A stretch of 64,000 nucleotides of DNA from assembly GCF_006345805.1 (NCBI RefSeq), contig NC_043016.1, forward strand, positions 4,340,001 through 4,404,000, written 5' to 3'. The position numbers and the translations under genes are program-made. This DNA comes from Octopus sinensis. Its lineage: Eukaryota. Below the pieces are notes generated by a model. It was not told where the DNA came from. It did no database searches and was given only the letters and a program-made list of their open reading frames with translations. This document shows positions 1 through 14,071 of this stretch, in pieces (within the stretch, counting starts at the first letter, position 1; the number at the start of each line of letters is the position of its first letter).

Positions 1-739
1 CACTGGTTAGAATAGATGCACATTTCTGCCTTGTTGAACTTTTGTCAGTAGCATTTACCCACCATCAAAAGCATGCTAAGACAAAATCTGTTACTATTGA
101 TACAAGAAAACAGTGACTGAAAATTCATTGGTGGCTAATTGCAATACTGTACTTACTTGCTCTTTTGTATTTTTTTTTCTTTATTAGTTAACCAGATAAC
201 TAATTAAGTAATCAGTTGTTTGATTGAATCTTCAATCAATCAATCAATCAGTCAGTTAAGTGTAACCTAAAGCAAACCTGAAGAGCACTTATCATTGATG
301 ATGTTATGAGTGGTGATGAAAGGACTTCCACAGTCCTAACTGAGCACAATTAATCAAATAACTGATTAGTTAATTGGATAGACTCGTTAACCAAGTGACA
401 AGGGAAAATATCAAAATAAAATAGAACCACTACATGAGGATATCAATGGTGTAATTCCCTTCCCAAGATATAATTGTATGTGTGGATATGTGTGCATATG
501 AATGAGCTTGTATTTTCCTCATCTTTGCTACTTGCTAGAAATGGTTTGCTATTTACCACACATCATGTCCAGCCTACTTGATATATTATGTGGTGTTTGT
601 AAACAATGGGCTGAGTCATGTGTTGTCCTTTTCTTTTCCACTTCTTTGTATAAACACGTCTAGGTTGTTTGTTGTCCAATCTCTCTCTCTCTCGATGGGG
701 CTGGGATCATCTCAGAGGCATTATGTGCAAAGCCAACCT

Positions 740-1130
740 GGTTCACCAGTGCCACCCATTGCTGGCAACCTCATGTCAGGCCCTCTGCAACCCCCAAGGT
801 GAAACCAATCCTCTGGAGATCTTCTTTAATCACATCCAAGCATCTGGTGCAGGGCCTATCATGGGGTCTCTTCCAGCCCACAACTGGTGCGTTGAACAAA
901 AGTAAGGTCCTGATAGGATGATCTGGCTGGAGGCAAAGGACATGTCCATACCAGCACATGTGGCGGATGGCTATGAAGCGGGAAGCTGCATGCATGAGGC
1001 TCTTCATCAGATGTAATTGCACCATCTGATGTTGTCAACTGTGCTCAGAGCTGTGCTGTCAAGGCTGTCAATCCACTTTGCCCAGGTCCTCATGAGGGGC
1101 CATATTTCTACTCCTTGCTTAATAAATTGG
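740..1130 (-). mobile_element. RTE-clade LINE 3' ORF remnant
   Basis: The minus-strand ORF contains WYGHVL...GWKRPHDRPCTRCLDVIKEDLQRIG, the typical RTE post-RT C-terminal motif (WxGHV...RGRPxxxWxD). Confidence 0.8.
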
Positions 1131-2458
1131 AAATTATTAACTCATTTGCAAGCAGGTGGGGACAAGATGTCAAAGGTAACCGGCCTTAGGAAGCACTACC
1201 TCAACATACTTTTGTCTGATGCATGCAAGCAAAGAAATGTAGACATTAAAATGGTGATGATGATGATGATGATAATGGTGATATATGTATATAATTAACT
1301 GATACAGGGATTGAACTCACAGATACCTTATAGACTTTCAACACTTGAAACCTAATCAATGCTTTTAATCATTCGCTCTACAGAAAGTAGTGAGCTCAAT
1401 CCAGTGACATTCAGTTTAGATCTATTCTCAGGTTCAAGTGGTATGTGTAAGTAGCATCACAAGTGGAATAACTAATATAAGAATATGGGAAACAGAACAA
1501 GAATAATCTTCCCTTGTGCACTTGATAAAGATTTCAGTTCAAAATCTTACAAATTACTGAAACTAGATTGTACAACAGTTGAAACATCATAACTGTAACA
1601 ACCAAGATGGGGACACTAATCCTGATATATCAGTATGTCCATAGAATGAGACAAAAAAAAAGCTTAATTAGTTATGAGGATGTTGCTGTTACTAAAAGAA
1701 AGCAATTATTAAAGTCTACATGCATAGAAAATTCCTAAAATTTCTAATTTTAATATATCTTTATCAGAATGTATTTTTAAAATTCTTTTATCATTGAAGA
1801 TTTCAGCTATACTTTTCAAGCAGAAAATTAATTTTAGTTCATTGCAAGATAACATTTTTTTAACACTGTGAGATAGTTTTGTCCTTCACCTTTCTTTCTC
1901 TGTGTGTGTGTGTTTTTTTTTTTTGTTTTGTTTTTTGTCTCTCTTGCTCTACACTTCATGACAATATCACAATTTTTAAATATTTATATTTAATTTATAT
2001 TTATAGATATGTAGATGTTACTCTAATATTTCAACAACTTTCTACAGACATATCAGTAAAAAACATTTTTCCAAAATATAAGTTTAATCTAGCACCAGCT
2101 AAATTATTTTGATTACAACACCTTGTCATATTTGTTGAATGTTGTTGAAGAAATAGAAACCAGAAGAAGAAAAGTGGTTTAAATGTACTTATGTCAATTG
2201 TACCTAATACAAACTTGTCTTGTTTACTTTAAACTAAAGCACTTCATTGTTGTATACAATGTTCAAAAAGAAAATAACCATTATAGGAGGCTGTTACATG
2301 ATAAGGGTTGTAACAGGAAATTTCTTATATATTTTAGAAATCATTGTGTTATCAAAGTAGATATGATGAATAGGAAAGCAAAAAATATAATTTCCCATCT
2401 CTGTACATCTGTAATTGTAGGCTTATATCATTTATTAATACTGAAATGTACATATATA

Positions 2459-2497
<39 letters not shown>

Positions 2498-5244
2498 TTA
2501 ATAATATATATATATATATATTTGACGGAAAAATAAGTCCTAATACCACTGTTGAGCTTATTCCTGTGTGATTGCTATTTGACAGATATAAGTTACAAAG
2601 GGATATTATATATAACGTATCAAAAAATTGTACACATTGGGAATCCAGTGTAAGTATTATGTAGCAACTAGCAAAAAACCGCCTGCAGGGCAGTATTTCT
2701 GCCATTAATAATTATAATTCAAAAAGAGTATCTCAGGAATTGAGACACTGTGTGTGTTTCTTAGATATTAACATTTTAATTGTTTAGGAAATATTTTTCA
2801 AATATTAATTTGTATAAACCGTTTTGAAAAAGAAAGAAGAATAAAATAAAAATTGTGTGAATTCAAGTGTAGACCTGATCAATATTAGGAGAACAATAAA
2901 CTTAAAATATGATACTGATACAGTTCATAAGTGATATTCTGGCATTTTATGATTTGAAAGCATATCTGCAGTCTATCCTTTTGGCTATAAAAGCAATAAA
3001 GCAATTTCTTTAACATGTGTAGCAATGTGCACAGGTATATGTGCTCATACATGCACACACAGATATTGAAAGATAAGTACATTACTGGAAGAAGGTTTGG
3101 CTATTTGAAGAGCAGTCACTTTCAGTTAATATATAGAAGAGAAAAGGTGCTGCGTTTATTTTTGTTTGTTTCTTAATTATCAAAGCATAATTCATGTAAA
3201 GCTAGGTTGAGCCAGGGAATGAAATTCTATGTGGTTACGTGACTTACTAGAAATATCAATAAAATGTACATTAGATCATATCCTACTATCTCAGAAAAGG
3301 GAGGACGCATTAAATAATGTAGAACTAGATATACTGTGACCTGAAAATTAAGCAGCTAATATACCTTTGATCATAAGTCTACTTGAAGAAGGCTGCTCTG
3401 AAAATAAACAACAATTCAGATTAAGTAGATGATACATTGTAAATATGCAGATTAGAAAAGTTTAAATATTCTATTGCAACTTTCATATTTGTAAATAACT
3501 CATTTGTCATCTAGCTTTTTCTTGCATTGAACATGACTGCTAATTGGTCAGAAAGGTTATCCTGCGGCCAAACAAGTATTCTTTGAACCAGATAATGATA
3601 CATGCACAATTGTCATATGCCTTACAACCGATTTACAAATTATTTCAATGTAACTATCATTTTTTGAACAATTAAAGACTATATTCATTGGGATAATGAA
3701 TATGGTTGTTTTAATCTCTTTAGCATTTTTTTAGAATCACTATATTAAAAAGTAGCAATTGATATGCTTATTCATTGAAATCTAATTATATATGACGAGC
3801 TAATTAACTTTTTAAAGTTTTCTATATTTTTATGGGTGGGATGTTTTGTTAGACCATTTTTTTTCTCCACAGTTATGTGACTTTCTTATTGTTTCCTACT
3901 TAACTGTAAAGTACTTGGTGGATTTTCTTTTATTATGTTGTTCAGTCAGGCAAAATGGAGCAAGTAGAGACAGGTGCCTTAGTGTAGGACACAGTACTGA
4001 TCACACTGCATGATTAATAGTCCACTACTTTAATATCACACCTATTGTGCACAAATAATAAAATTATTGATTGTATACTTTGAGAGTCTTGACATATATA
4101 CATATATATATAATATATATGTGAGTGTGTGTGTATGTATATGTATATATTTAAATAGAGAGATTGTTTGAAGTGGTGTACAGATTTCATGTTAAGGAAA
4201 AGGAGGTAGTCAGAATTTTGGATAATTATTGTAGTGCTTTCATCTAATTTCAGAGATTCGTCAGGAATGATTTTTTTCCCCAGAAAATTTATACTTCCTA
4301 TATATGAGTTAGTTGAAAAAAATTTGGAGCTAGATTGGGAAGAGAATGTTCTAGTTATTTTGAATCTATATATGTGTGTGTGGTGAGTTTTTGGAGGCTT
4401 GGTTAGAAAAATTCCAAAAAGGAAGAAAGACAAAAAGAGAGAGGGGGGGGGTCTTTTCCTGGGATGATTGAAGTTGCATTGTATTTTTTTGGTCAGCTGT
4501 ATGCTACCCATATATATATATATATAGGTTTATATGTATGACTTAAATTATGCGTTTTAGGCTATAATATTCTTATATAATTATTCCTATATTTAATTCT
4601 GTGATTAATCACTATATTAAGTAACTATTATCTATCCATATAAGTATACATATTTGAGTATAATTAACTCGCTGTTTGGGAACTCATAACAAATTACATC
4701 ATATTTGGAAATGATCTTATTTGATTAATGCAGTCAGTATTTTTTTTATCATACACAAGTGAAATATATGAGCAGTTAAATTTAACAACCAGAGCTGTCA
4801 TGATTTCTTGAATTCAGATGTATTTACATACGTTTCAATGTAGTTTCAAGGCAGGACATGTTTTCCTGCTTAGCCTCAGTCCATAGAGAGTATCTTAGTT
4901 TTTGAATTCACATTCAGCATTTGAACTACTGAAAGGAAATGTTATTTCATATTCTTAATATTATTAAACATAAGTATGTACTCAAATATAATCAAGCACA
5001 AAGGACCTGAAATTATTAATAAATCAATTGTTGCAATGTCTTCTTTCCTTTTTTTTTCTTCTTTTTTTTTCTCTATTTTAATCCAGTTGTCAGTAGTGAA
5101 TTGATGAATATTTTAACTCAGGACTCATAGTTATGAAGTCCTTGTCATTCCTCTTACTATATACACTTTTAGTTTAGAAATCTACTCACTGCTAATTCTT
5201 TTCTGATTTCCTTTTGAGTTGTAATCTTCTCGTTCTGTACATAT

Positions 5245-5276
5245 AATTTATATATATATACACACATGTACATATG

Positions 5277-5315
<39 letters not shown>

Positions 5316-5333
5316 GTACATATGTATGTATAT

Positions 5334-5377
<44 letters not shown>

Positions 5378-5620
5378 CATATGTATGTATATATATATAT
5401 ATATATTATATATATATATATACACATACATATGTACATGTATATATATATATATATATATATACACATACATATGTACATGTATATATTATATATACAT
5501 ATATATATACATACACAAATTATATATATATATATATACATAAACATATATATATATATATTTATGTACATGTGTACATTTATGAGCTCGTGCATATGCG
5601 GCGCACACACACACACACAT
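5245..5620. repeat. Compound (TA)n/(CA)n microsatellite with a higher-order unit
   Basis: Read directly from the sequence. Confidence 0.95.
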
Positions 5621-7040
5621 AGATAACTGTGTCATTGTTCTCTTGTTTCATGAGCCATTTCATTGTATATTACTGAATGATTCAACATCTTCAACACTTT
5701 GTATGAGTCCTGATGGGTGCCACATTGTACAGATTTAGTAAAGATCATGATATATCATTATTCTTATTATCATGTTTATGCACACACACACACACACTCA
5801 TAACTTTACTTTTTTACTCACTTTTCTTTTCTTGATAGCTCTTCAGTCTTGCTTCATGGAGGCTACTAGATTGTTAAGTGGAATCCCTTGCTGCTAATTG
5901 GAACAGGATCTGAAGTATTTTTTTGTCGGGGTACTTTTGAGGGCTTTATTGTTGGGCATTTTTTCATTTTTATTTTATAATCTTATGACACAGGAATATG
6001 TATTCAATTTTCACTTAACAGTCATGAGTAAAAAAAAAAAAAAAAAGATACTTGGCAGGGTTAGGAAAAAAATTTGAATTCCCTTGGTTTTTTTATGTTA
6101 TGTGCAGTCAGTGGGGTTTGTTTTTGTTATATTTTTTCTTGTTTCTTTTTCTTTGTTGTTAAATTTATTCTGTTGCCAACTATACATTCTTGCTGCTATC
6201 ATTAGAAAAGACTTTTATTGTAACTATTGTAAGCAATCTTAATTTAATTTAATTGCCACAGTGTTTCACTAACAAGTAATTTTGAAAGAAATCTATATAA
6301 GCTAACCTTGATAAAGCTAATAGAGTTAAAGGTATCAGCATGTTATAAAGTTAAAGAGTAGTGAGAATGATGTGAAATAAAACAACAATCTTCTCTATGG
6401 ATGCTCAGACTGTTAGAAATAACAGCTAAATCTCTCAAACTTCATTCTACCATTCTACACTGGTTACATTTATTGTTATTTTATTCTTATTGCAAAAACT
6501 TATCCATTACAGTATTCTTGTTGAAATACATAATCTTTTGTTGATTTTGAAAATAATGACGAATTTAGTGAAATAATTGTCATTATTAAGTTTGTGCTTG
6601 AATTTTGATGAAAAGTTTTAATTTAGATCCGTTTAAATCAGAAACTGTGCCACAGAGCAGAATCTATCTTGAGTTATGAAAATTTTTAAGCAATGAAAAG
6701 CTTTAGACAAGGTTAAAAAATTATGAATTTGGAAAACTCATACTTTATTATAAAGGCGCTTATGAAATTTATAATAGTTAATATTTATTTTTGATAAAAA
6801 TAATTTCACAATTTATATAAGACGATACATGTAAGCGGAAAGTTACAAAAGAAGTTTTGTTTTCTTTTTTACTTTAGGTCTGTTTTTGCTTTTTTTTAAT
6901 GTTTCTCTTGAGAGTTATTTTTCTATTGTGAAATGTTGGTGTGACACCTACATCATATCAATACAATTGCATCTTTTTTTGTTGTTGTAATTTAACCCAT
7001 GGTCAAATTTGATCAAGTAGAAAATGATCCAAGCATATCA

Positions 7041-7205
7041 GGACAATTACCCCCTATACGACAACGCCCCCCTCCCTCCCGATGATACTACCCCTAGGAC
7101 AATTACTCCCTAGGTTTCTTACCCTCTCTCCAATATATTAAGAAGTTTCATATCATCTGTTGTCTTCAGGAGTTATTGTTCACATGGGGGGGGAGGTAAA
7201 TGTCG
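7041..7205. mobile_element. MITE-like element with repeated GGACAATTACYCCC subterminal motifs
   Basis: The motif is direct at 7041 and 7097, and degenerate and inverted at about 7169-7181 and 7192-7205. Confidence 0.45.
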
Positions 7206-7529
7206 ATCCAAAGCTTTCCAATTATGGCCACTCTGCCTTTTTATAGAATATCTTGGATTATATTCTTACATGTCTTTTTCTTTCTCTTTTTTTCTGTTGT
7301 CATGACAAGGGTTGAGATTTGAGAGAGATTTGGCTATGACTTCAAGCCAGTTGAATTAACACATTGAACAGTTTTACAATCTGGGGCAGTTTACAAATAC
7401 ATATAAACATAAGTGATGAGAAAAATAGTGAATCTTTATTTTACAAATTTGAATAACTTCTATCAGTTCAGTGTAACTAATACCCTGTGAATTAAAATTG
7501 GATAAACAGAAACTGTGTGGAAGCCCATC

Positions 7530-7564
<35 letters not shown>

Positions 7565-7743
7565 TATATATTATATATATATATATATATATAGTGTGTG
7601 TGTGTGCGTATATGTGTGATTGTTTCTGTGATTTTGTATTGATACAAGTGCCAAGCAGACATGTTTGTTTATACTTTTCATGAGCAATGTGTTCCCTAGC
7701 TTGGCAATTTCACTGGTTTCAATCCAACTTATTGAAAAAACAT

Positions 7744-7980
7744 TTAACTCTTCAGCATTCACATTAATATGTTAAAAGTAAGCCTTATTTATTCACATTT
7801 TAGGAACTTAATTAAACATTAAAAACTCAATCTTTTAACTTCGAGATATGAAAGTTGTAATTTTTTATTTTTAGAATGACATTGCATGGTAGGTGTGAGA
7901 TGCTGGTTCTGGCCAGTTTGAGCATAAAATGGGTAGAATATTCGGGCCGGATGCAGCCAGTGTAAACACTAATGGGTTAA
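7744..7980 (-). mobile_element. piggyBac-type MITE (TTAA ends)
   Basis: TTAA-ctcttcagcatt...aacactaatggg-TTAA imperfect TIRs. A homologous copy in the opposite orientation lies at 15885-16050. Confidence 0.6.
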
Positions 7981-8526
7981 GGGTTAGCAACAGAAGGGCA
8001 TCTAGCTTGTAATTCTCATTTAACTCATGCCAGCCTAGATTTAAAGATGAAGATGTGTCATATTAGATTACTGCCTTGGCCCTAACATTTAAATCATTTG
8101 TAGCAACCAGTATTGTTCTACTTTTCATGATGTGATTGATCTTCTTTTCATTCAGCTTATTTGCTGTAACATCACCTAGAGATATCCTGAGTTGGTATCA
8201 AGGTTTCTTTTGTAACAAATACACAATATGATGGACTTAAATAAGTTAGTTGATAACAGAGCATAGAAATGATGACATTGTGAATAAACTCTCTTCCTAA
8301 TTCCACATTACAGAGTGACCAGGTGCTTTTTTCATGGCACCAGCACTAGTGATGTCACCATGTAACTCAGAAGACTACCATGGGATTGTATATAGTTAGG
8401 CAGAGGATGGCCTTATGCTTAAATAGAAGGAACAGGAACACGTTTATTGTTTTAGATGAGATGCATGACAACTCTACATTATATAAGGATGGGTTGCAGC
8501 TGCAAAGAGACAACAGTACAGGGAAA

Positions 8527-9005
8527 GACTCTCCCCCCATTTTTACCCCCAAATTTGTTTATTTTTAAAACTGTTTTTGCCAGAAATCTCTGTTTTAGGA
8601 TACGGAGATTCTGGAAAACTGCAAAAAATCGGTATTGTGAAAGTTCTCCCCCCCCCTTTCCCCCCAACCTCTTCAATTTTGACTTTTTTCCCCAACACTA
8701 ACTCTAAAACCCTAAAACCGTAACCGTAAGTACAGAAATGTTTTGAAATTTTTGTCCGAATCCTGATGTCCGTATTTTTCTGCATATTTAGAAAAGAAAA
8801 AAATTCTTAAAAAAACATTTTACAAAGATTTTTGGAAATTTTTTTTAGAATCATAATCTCCATATTTTTGTTGGGGTGGTAATTTAGGAATATCGATTTT
8901 TGACAATTTTTTGGCAGATTTGTATTCCCCGTAGCTGAAAAGGGAGTTTCTGTCAAAAAAAAAAGTTTTAAAGAAGGGTGGTTTCTTGGAGGGGATGGGT
9001 GGAAG
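8527..9005. mobile_element. Unclassified insertion with imperfect TIRs and a telomere-like (aaccctaaaaccgtaaccgta) motif, inserted into RTE 3' sequence
   Basis: Abrupt change in composition. Left end gactctccccccat matches the reverse complement of the right end, gacttccacccat. The flanks look like one interrupted RTE 3' region. Confidence 0.4.
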
Positions 9006-9249
9006 TCTTGCCAGGTACAGCAAGGTAAATAGAAGAATATCAGGAGAGTAGGTAGGTAGTAGTTGCAAGAGTGTGGGAGGGAGTAAGAGTGGGAGATGGT
9101 TAGAAATAGGGGCAGGGGTGAATAAAGAGTTTTAGGATGATGGTTAGCAATATTAGTGTATGGAGAAAAATGAGGAAGAGATATCAGTAGAAGTGATTCG
9201 GAGCAGAGGAAGTAATGGCTGGCAAAAGAGAAAGGGTGAAAGGCAGTGG

Positions 9250-9800
9250 AATAATGCATTAGTTAGGATAAGTCAGTGACATTGTGGAAGACACAAGTGG
9301 ATCTGAAAGCAGACTTGTCTTCCCAATGGAAATATTGGTGAGATTACTTCAACCAGATATGTTCCTGCTCTCCAACAATCACCATGGCCAAATTCACTCA
9401 AACACCCTAGAAGAACACCTGATATTTTACACCAGGTAAAGGAAAGCAAATATCAGGACTCGGTCAGTAAGACCCTTGTCAAGAGATGGCATTCAGCCTC
9501 ATTCCCCATTGATCTCAGCTGTTCAGCTTTCCAGTGAGATGAGTGCACTATTTCCTACAGAAGATATGTCTAGAACCCAGATAACTGAAGAAAGCTACCA
9601 AGGAAAGAGGCATGGTATCAGAAACAAACTCAAAGTGGCTGTGGATGAGAAGGGGCTGCAAGTGGAACCCTTTTGTACCAAAGATTAGTTCAGGCCCCAC
9701 TGCCGTAACTCAATTGAAGCATACAGGCTAAGGAGCAAAATGTCCATGAACCTGAGAGAACCTCTGAGTAGCTCCTGCAGTTTCTGTGTGGTGCAGAGCA
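9250..9800 (-). mobile_element. Highly decayed RTE LINE 3' fragment
   Basis: Loose similarity to the better-preserved RTE ends at 28560-29100 and 36480-37190. Confidence 0.35.
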
Positions 9801-10401
9801 TTTCCAATGCTCATTATACCTGATATTTATAATATACACAGCAGGCCAAAAGTCACACACCAAGACACTTGACATTTTATTTATGTTATTATTATTTTGC
9901 TAATCATGTGCATTCATCATTATTTTAGTTATTTTATTCAACTTTGGAAAAGTTGAAGTGTGTCTTTGACAATTCTGGAATGTATGGAACTTATTGGTGT
10001 GTGAGTTTTCACTCACCCCTTACATGTATACGCATCGTGCTCTTCATCATTTTAAATCTGCCTTCCATGTTGGCTTGAGTTCAACAAGATCTAACATTGT
10101 ATAGTTTTATGACATACTCCAATCACTCAGTTTTGACATGGCTCCCATAACTCGAAGCCCTTTTTAATGCCAACCATTATATTCAAGTTTGATCATTCTC
10201 ATTAAGGACTTTTCATATTCATTTTTGAATTCTTTACATTTAGTTTGTTGCAAAACATTATTGGATTTATTAGTTGATTAATATTTCAAACCCCTTACAG
10301 TCATATTTTCAAGATATTATGCTATCAATAATGGCATGATGTTTGTATGCTTTGTGATAAGTCATAAAAAATATTGGAAATTATTTTATAACTGATAGTA
10401 G

Positions 10402-10431
10402 CATCAATGCTGCATTTAAAGTTATACAACA
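10402..10431 (+). CDS. Candidate 30-nt micro-exon (phase 1-1 reading SMLHLKLYN)
   Basis: Tandem TAGTAG acceptor (10396-10401) and perfect GTAAGT donor at 10432. The peptide resembles the AMLRLQLYG linker segment of vertebrate MICU3 as I recall it. The flanking phase-1 partner exons were not found. Confidence 0.3.
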
Positions 10432-10928
10432 GTAAGTCCTGAGAATAATTTAAGGTAAGTTCTGGTAAATTTCATGATTAATTTTGCTTATATCCATGTG
10501 CTTAATTTTGGTTTGTATTTTGCTTTTAGTAAAAGTCTCCATAGTTATTCACACTTATTAAGTCTGCATAAAACTGTAGTGCTGTCAATGAGTGTTTTCC
10601 TATATGATGTTATTTCGTTTACTGCCTCATATAGTTTTGATAACATTTTGTTGTAAATGCATGTTGAGCCAAGAAGGTGTTGTGTTTGAGTGTATCCAAT
10701 GTAACAGTTTGAGTCGTGAAGTTTACAATCTCCTTGTTTACATTGAAATGTATATATTTAATACATTGTTTGGACTTTGTGTTGATGCAGAAGTTTTTTT
10801 GTTATGGTATTATTACAATATATTCTAATGATGTTTATGGTTAAGTATGATACACAATGTGTTCTGTTGTATTAATTCTTTACACATATGTGTATATGAA
10901 TATGTGTATGAGTGTATGAATTTATGTG

Positions 10929-11208
10929 AAGGCATGTGGCCTAGAGATTAGGGTGTTGCACTTATGGTCACTAGACCATGAGTCCAATTTCCAGACCAGG
11001 TTGCACATTGTATTCTTAAGCAAAACACTTCATTTTTCATTATTCCAGTCTCCTCAACTGTAAAAGAGTCACCCTGCGATGACTTAGCTTTCTGATCAGT
11101 GAGGAATGTTGGCCTGCTCACCTAACTGGTGTGGTGGCATCATTCAACAGCTAAAACAGTGCAAAGTGCATTGTGACCAATGATGTATAGCAACATCTGA
11201 TTGTCTGG

Positions 11209-11210
<2 letters not shown>
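10929..11210 (+). mobile_element. tRNA-headed SINE with CORE/V-like central domain
   Basis: Box A/B-like head, then ttaagcaaaacacttcattt...ccagtctcctcaactgtaaaagagt. Related to 45476-45805. Confidence 0.55.
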
Positions 11211-11240
<30 letters not shown>

Positions 11241-11243
<3 letters not shown>

Positions 11244-11425
11244 CGGTGGCACATAAAATCACCCACTACACTCTCGGAGTGGTTGGCGTTAGGAAGGGCA
11301 TCCAGCTGTAGAAACACTGCCAGATCTGACTGGACTGGTGCAGCCTTCGGGCTCCCCAGACCCCAGTTGAACCGTCCAACCCATGCTAGCATGGAAAGCG
11401 GACGTTAAATTATGATGATGATGAT
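11241..11425 (+). mobile_element. 5'-truncated RTE LINE 3'-UTR copy with (GAT)n tail
   Basis: cactacactctcggagtggttggcgttaggaagggcatccagctgtag...gcatggaaagcggacgttaaa followed by (gat)n. The same sequence directly follows the RTE ORF end at 37190-37570. Confidence 0.85.
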
Positions 11426-12674
11426 ATATATATAGGGAGAGAATTCATATATATACATATATGGATTATGTATGTGTTGAAGTGGTTGTACTATACGTGT
11501 GTGTGTCTGTATGCATGTCTAAATACATTCACGCATTCTGTGTATTAACGAAGTTTAACAAAATTTTAGCATGGAACAAAGAGAAAGATAGCACAGAGCT
11601 GGCAGGCTAGGGACTACTGTTCTGCTGAAGTACTGTTATATGTATTTCTGCTCATTAAATAAATCTTTATGTTCATTATGTACATGTGTGTATAGATACG
11701 CACTTATTTAATGAACATTTGAACAGCAGTTATAACATTTTTTTTTTCTTTTAGTCAATCTTCTCTGTGTTTCCTTCACAAAATGCTGTATGTGTGAGTT
11801 TGATATGTATGTTCTGTCTTTTTGTGTATGTGTGTCTTTATATGTGAATGTGCATGTGGTACTGAGAACATGCACTATTCTGTAATGTTTCTGTTCAATA
11901 GTGGGGGGGAGAGTGGGAGTGTGTGTATGTGTTGCCCATTTCTGTACATATATGTCAATTTTTTTTATGCATGCATATTATTGTTTTATTTCTTCTATCT
12001 TCCATGAATGGAGAAAAGTTGCTTTTCTGTGTAAGGAATAAAATGTTTTGATAGTTTTTAGGGCCCAAAAAGATATTTGAAATTTTTGTTTTTAGACAAA
12101 GGAGTGCATTAGTCAAAGCCTTTTATTGGCATAGTATTCCGATTTTGCTAAAATAGTGGAACACACAGACAAACATTGAATTTTAGTTCCATAATATGTG
12201 TGTGTGTGTACAAACACATACACGTGTGTCTATATATATATATGTGTGTGTCAGTGTGCACATATATTTGTGTGTATATGCAGATACATTTGTACATATA
12301 TTTTGATGTGTGTGAATTTTTCTCTTTGAATACATACATGTACACACACAGAAATGCACACATTTTGGAGAGAGTGGGGGGAAGAGAAGCTTTTTTTTTT
12401 CTCTTAATTGTTGACTTGTGTTGGACTAAATAGGTAGATATTTGTCTGTCCAAACTCCTCTCTATTTCCTTAACTACTTATGTATCTGTCTGGAATGTGT
12501 GTATATTTATGTTATTTTATACAATGTTGTAATGAGAAGCATTCTTGTTTTTTAACCCTTATAAAATGGCTCTGATATAAATAAAATTAATACAAGATAA
12601 AACAAATGAATGTACAAAGAATAAGCAAACAAAAAATCAGAGGTTTTTTTTCTTTTTGCATCTGTACTTTGAAA

Positions 12675-12676
<2 letters not shown>

Positions 12677-12735
<59 letters not shown>

Positions 12736-12799
12736 ATACATATATACATATATATACATATATACATATATATATACATATATATATACATATATATAC

Positions 12800-12841
<42 letters not shown>

Positions 12842-12904
12842 CATATATACATATATATATACATATATACATATATATACATATATATACATATATATAC
12901 ATAA

Positions 12905-12935
<31 letters not shown>

Positions 12936-12948
12936 TATATATATATAC

Positions 12949-12993
<45 letters not shown>

Positions 12994-13300
12994 TATAACA
13001 TATATATATATATATATATATACATATATATATACATATATACATATATATATACATATATATATATAACATATATATATACATATATATTATATATATA
13101 CATATATATATACATATATATATATACATATATACATATATATATACATATATATATACATATATACATATATATATACATATATACATATATATATATA
13201 TAATATATACATATATATATATATACATATATACATATATATACATATATACATATTATATATATACATATATATATGTATATACACACTAATAAATAAA
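12677..13300. repeat. About 620-bp (TA)n/(TACA) compound microsatellite
   Basis: Read directly; it is the source of the YIYI ORFs. Confidence 0.97.
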
Positions 13301-13847
13301 TATATATAAATATCAACACACATCAAGTATTTACCTCTAGGGATGGTGGATGGAGAGGGTGTGCCAGATTGGCAGGTGGATGTGTGTAAGCCAATGTTGA
13401 ACAAACAGGAAAGTTTTTCAGTGGAACAATAATTTGATTGTCTCAATGTATTATATCATCTCAGTTGTCATAGTTGGGAAGCAGGTCTCCTGTTTCAAAT
13501 CTACCCACTGTGTTAGCTACCTCCCAAATCAAATGAATAAAGTGTTTGTTATTCATACATTAAACACGCATGTATTCCGTTTCGTTTTGTATGTGCTCTG
13601 TCTTAGAAACCCCTATACATCTTTTGTATTGTTCTTTCACATTTCTGCCGGTTTCTGCCAATTGACTGGCCATACTGGAGCCCCATCTTAAATGGATTTT
13701 AATCAATTATACTCACCATCAGTAATTTGGTGCTTATTTTATTTTCCTTATAGAGTAAGATGCTTAAGGAACTATACTAATATAAAACAGAATAATTGGC
13801 CCTTTCCATAATTCATATTGGGACAATGTATCAAACCTAACTTAATA

Positions 13848-13902
<55 letters not shown>

Positions 13903-14071
13903 CTATGTGTGTATTAGATTGTGTTACTAGTAACATGGGCAAGTTTGATTCCATTGAATTTATGTTTTGGTTTTTATACTAACTGAACCGGCAGAAAGTT
14001 GGAGAATCCATGACCTTTTTAGGCCCTCATAGTTTGAAATTGATGCTTTTTATGTTCTTCTGCACCTGCAG

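Noticed and set aside
3873-3905. Other small AG...GT windows (2586-2649, 3126-3146, 3873-3905, 5839-5872, 11755-11793, and 13754 onward)
   Set aside because: The splice-like signals are plausible, but donors are weak or homology is absent. Such windows are expected by chance in AT-rich introns.
12587-13446. Long YIYI/MYIY ORFs, also at 5192-5626, 31022-31353 and 62827-63229
   Set aside because: They are translations of (TA)n/(TACA)n microsatellites, which lack stop codons in several frames.
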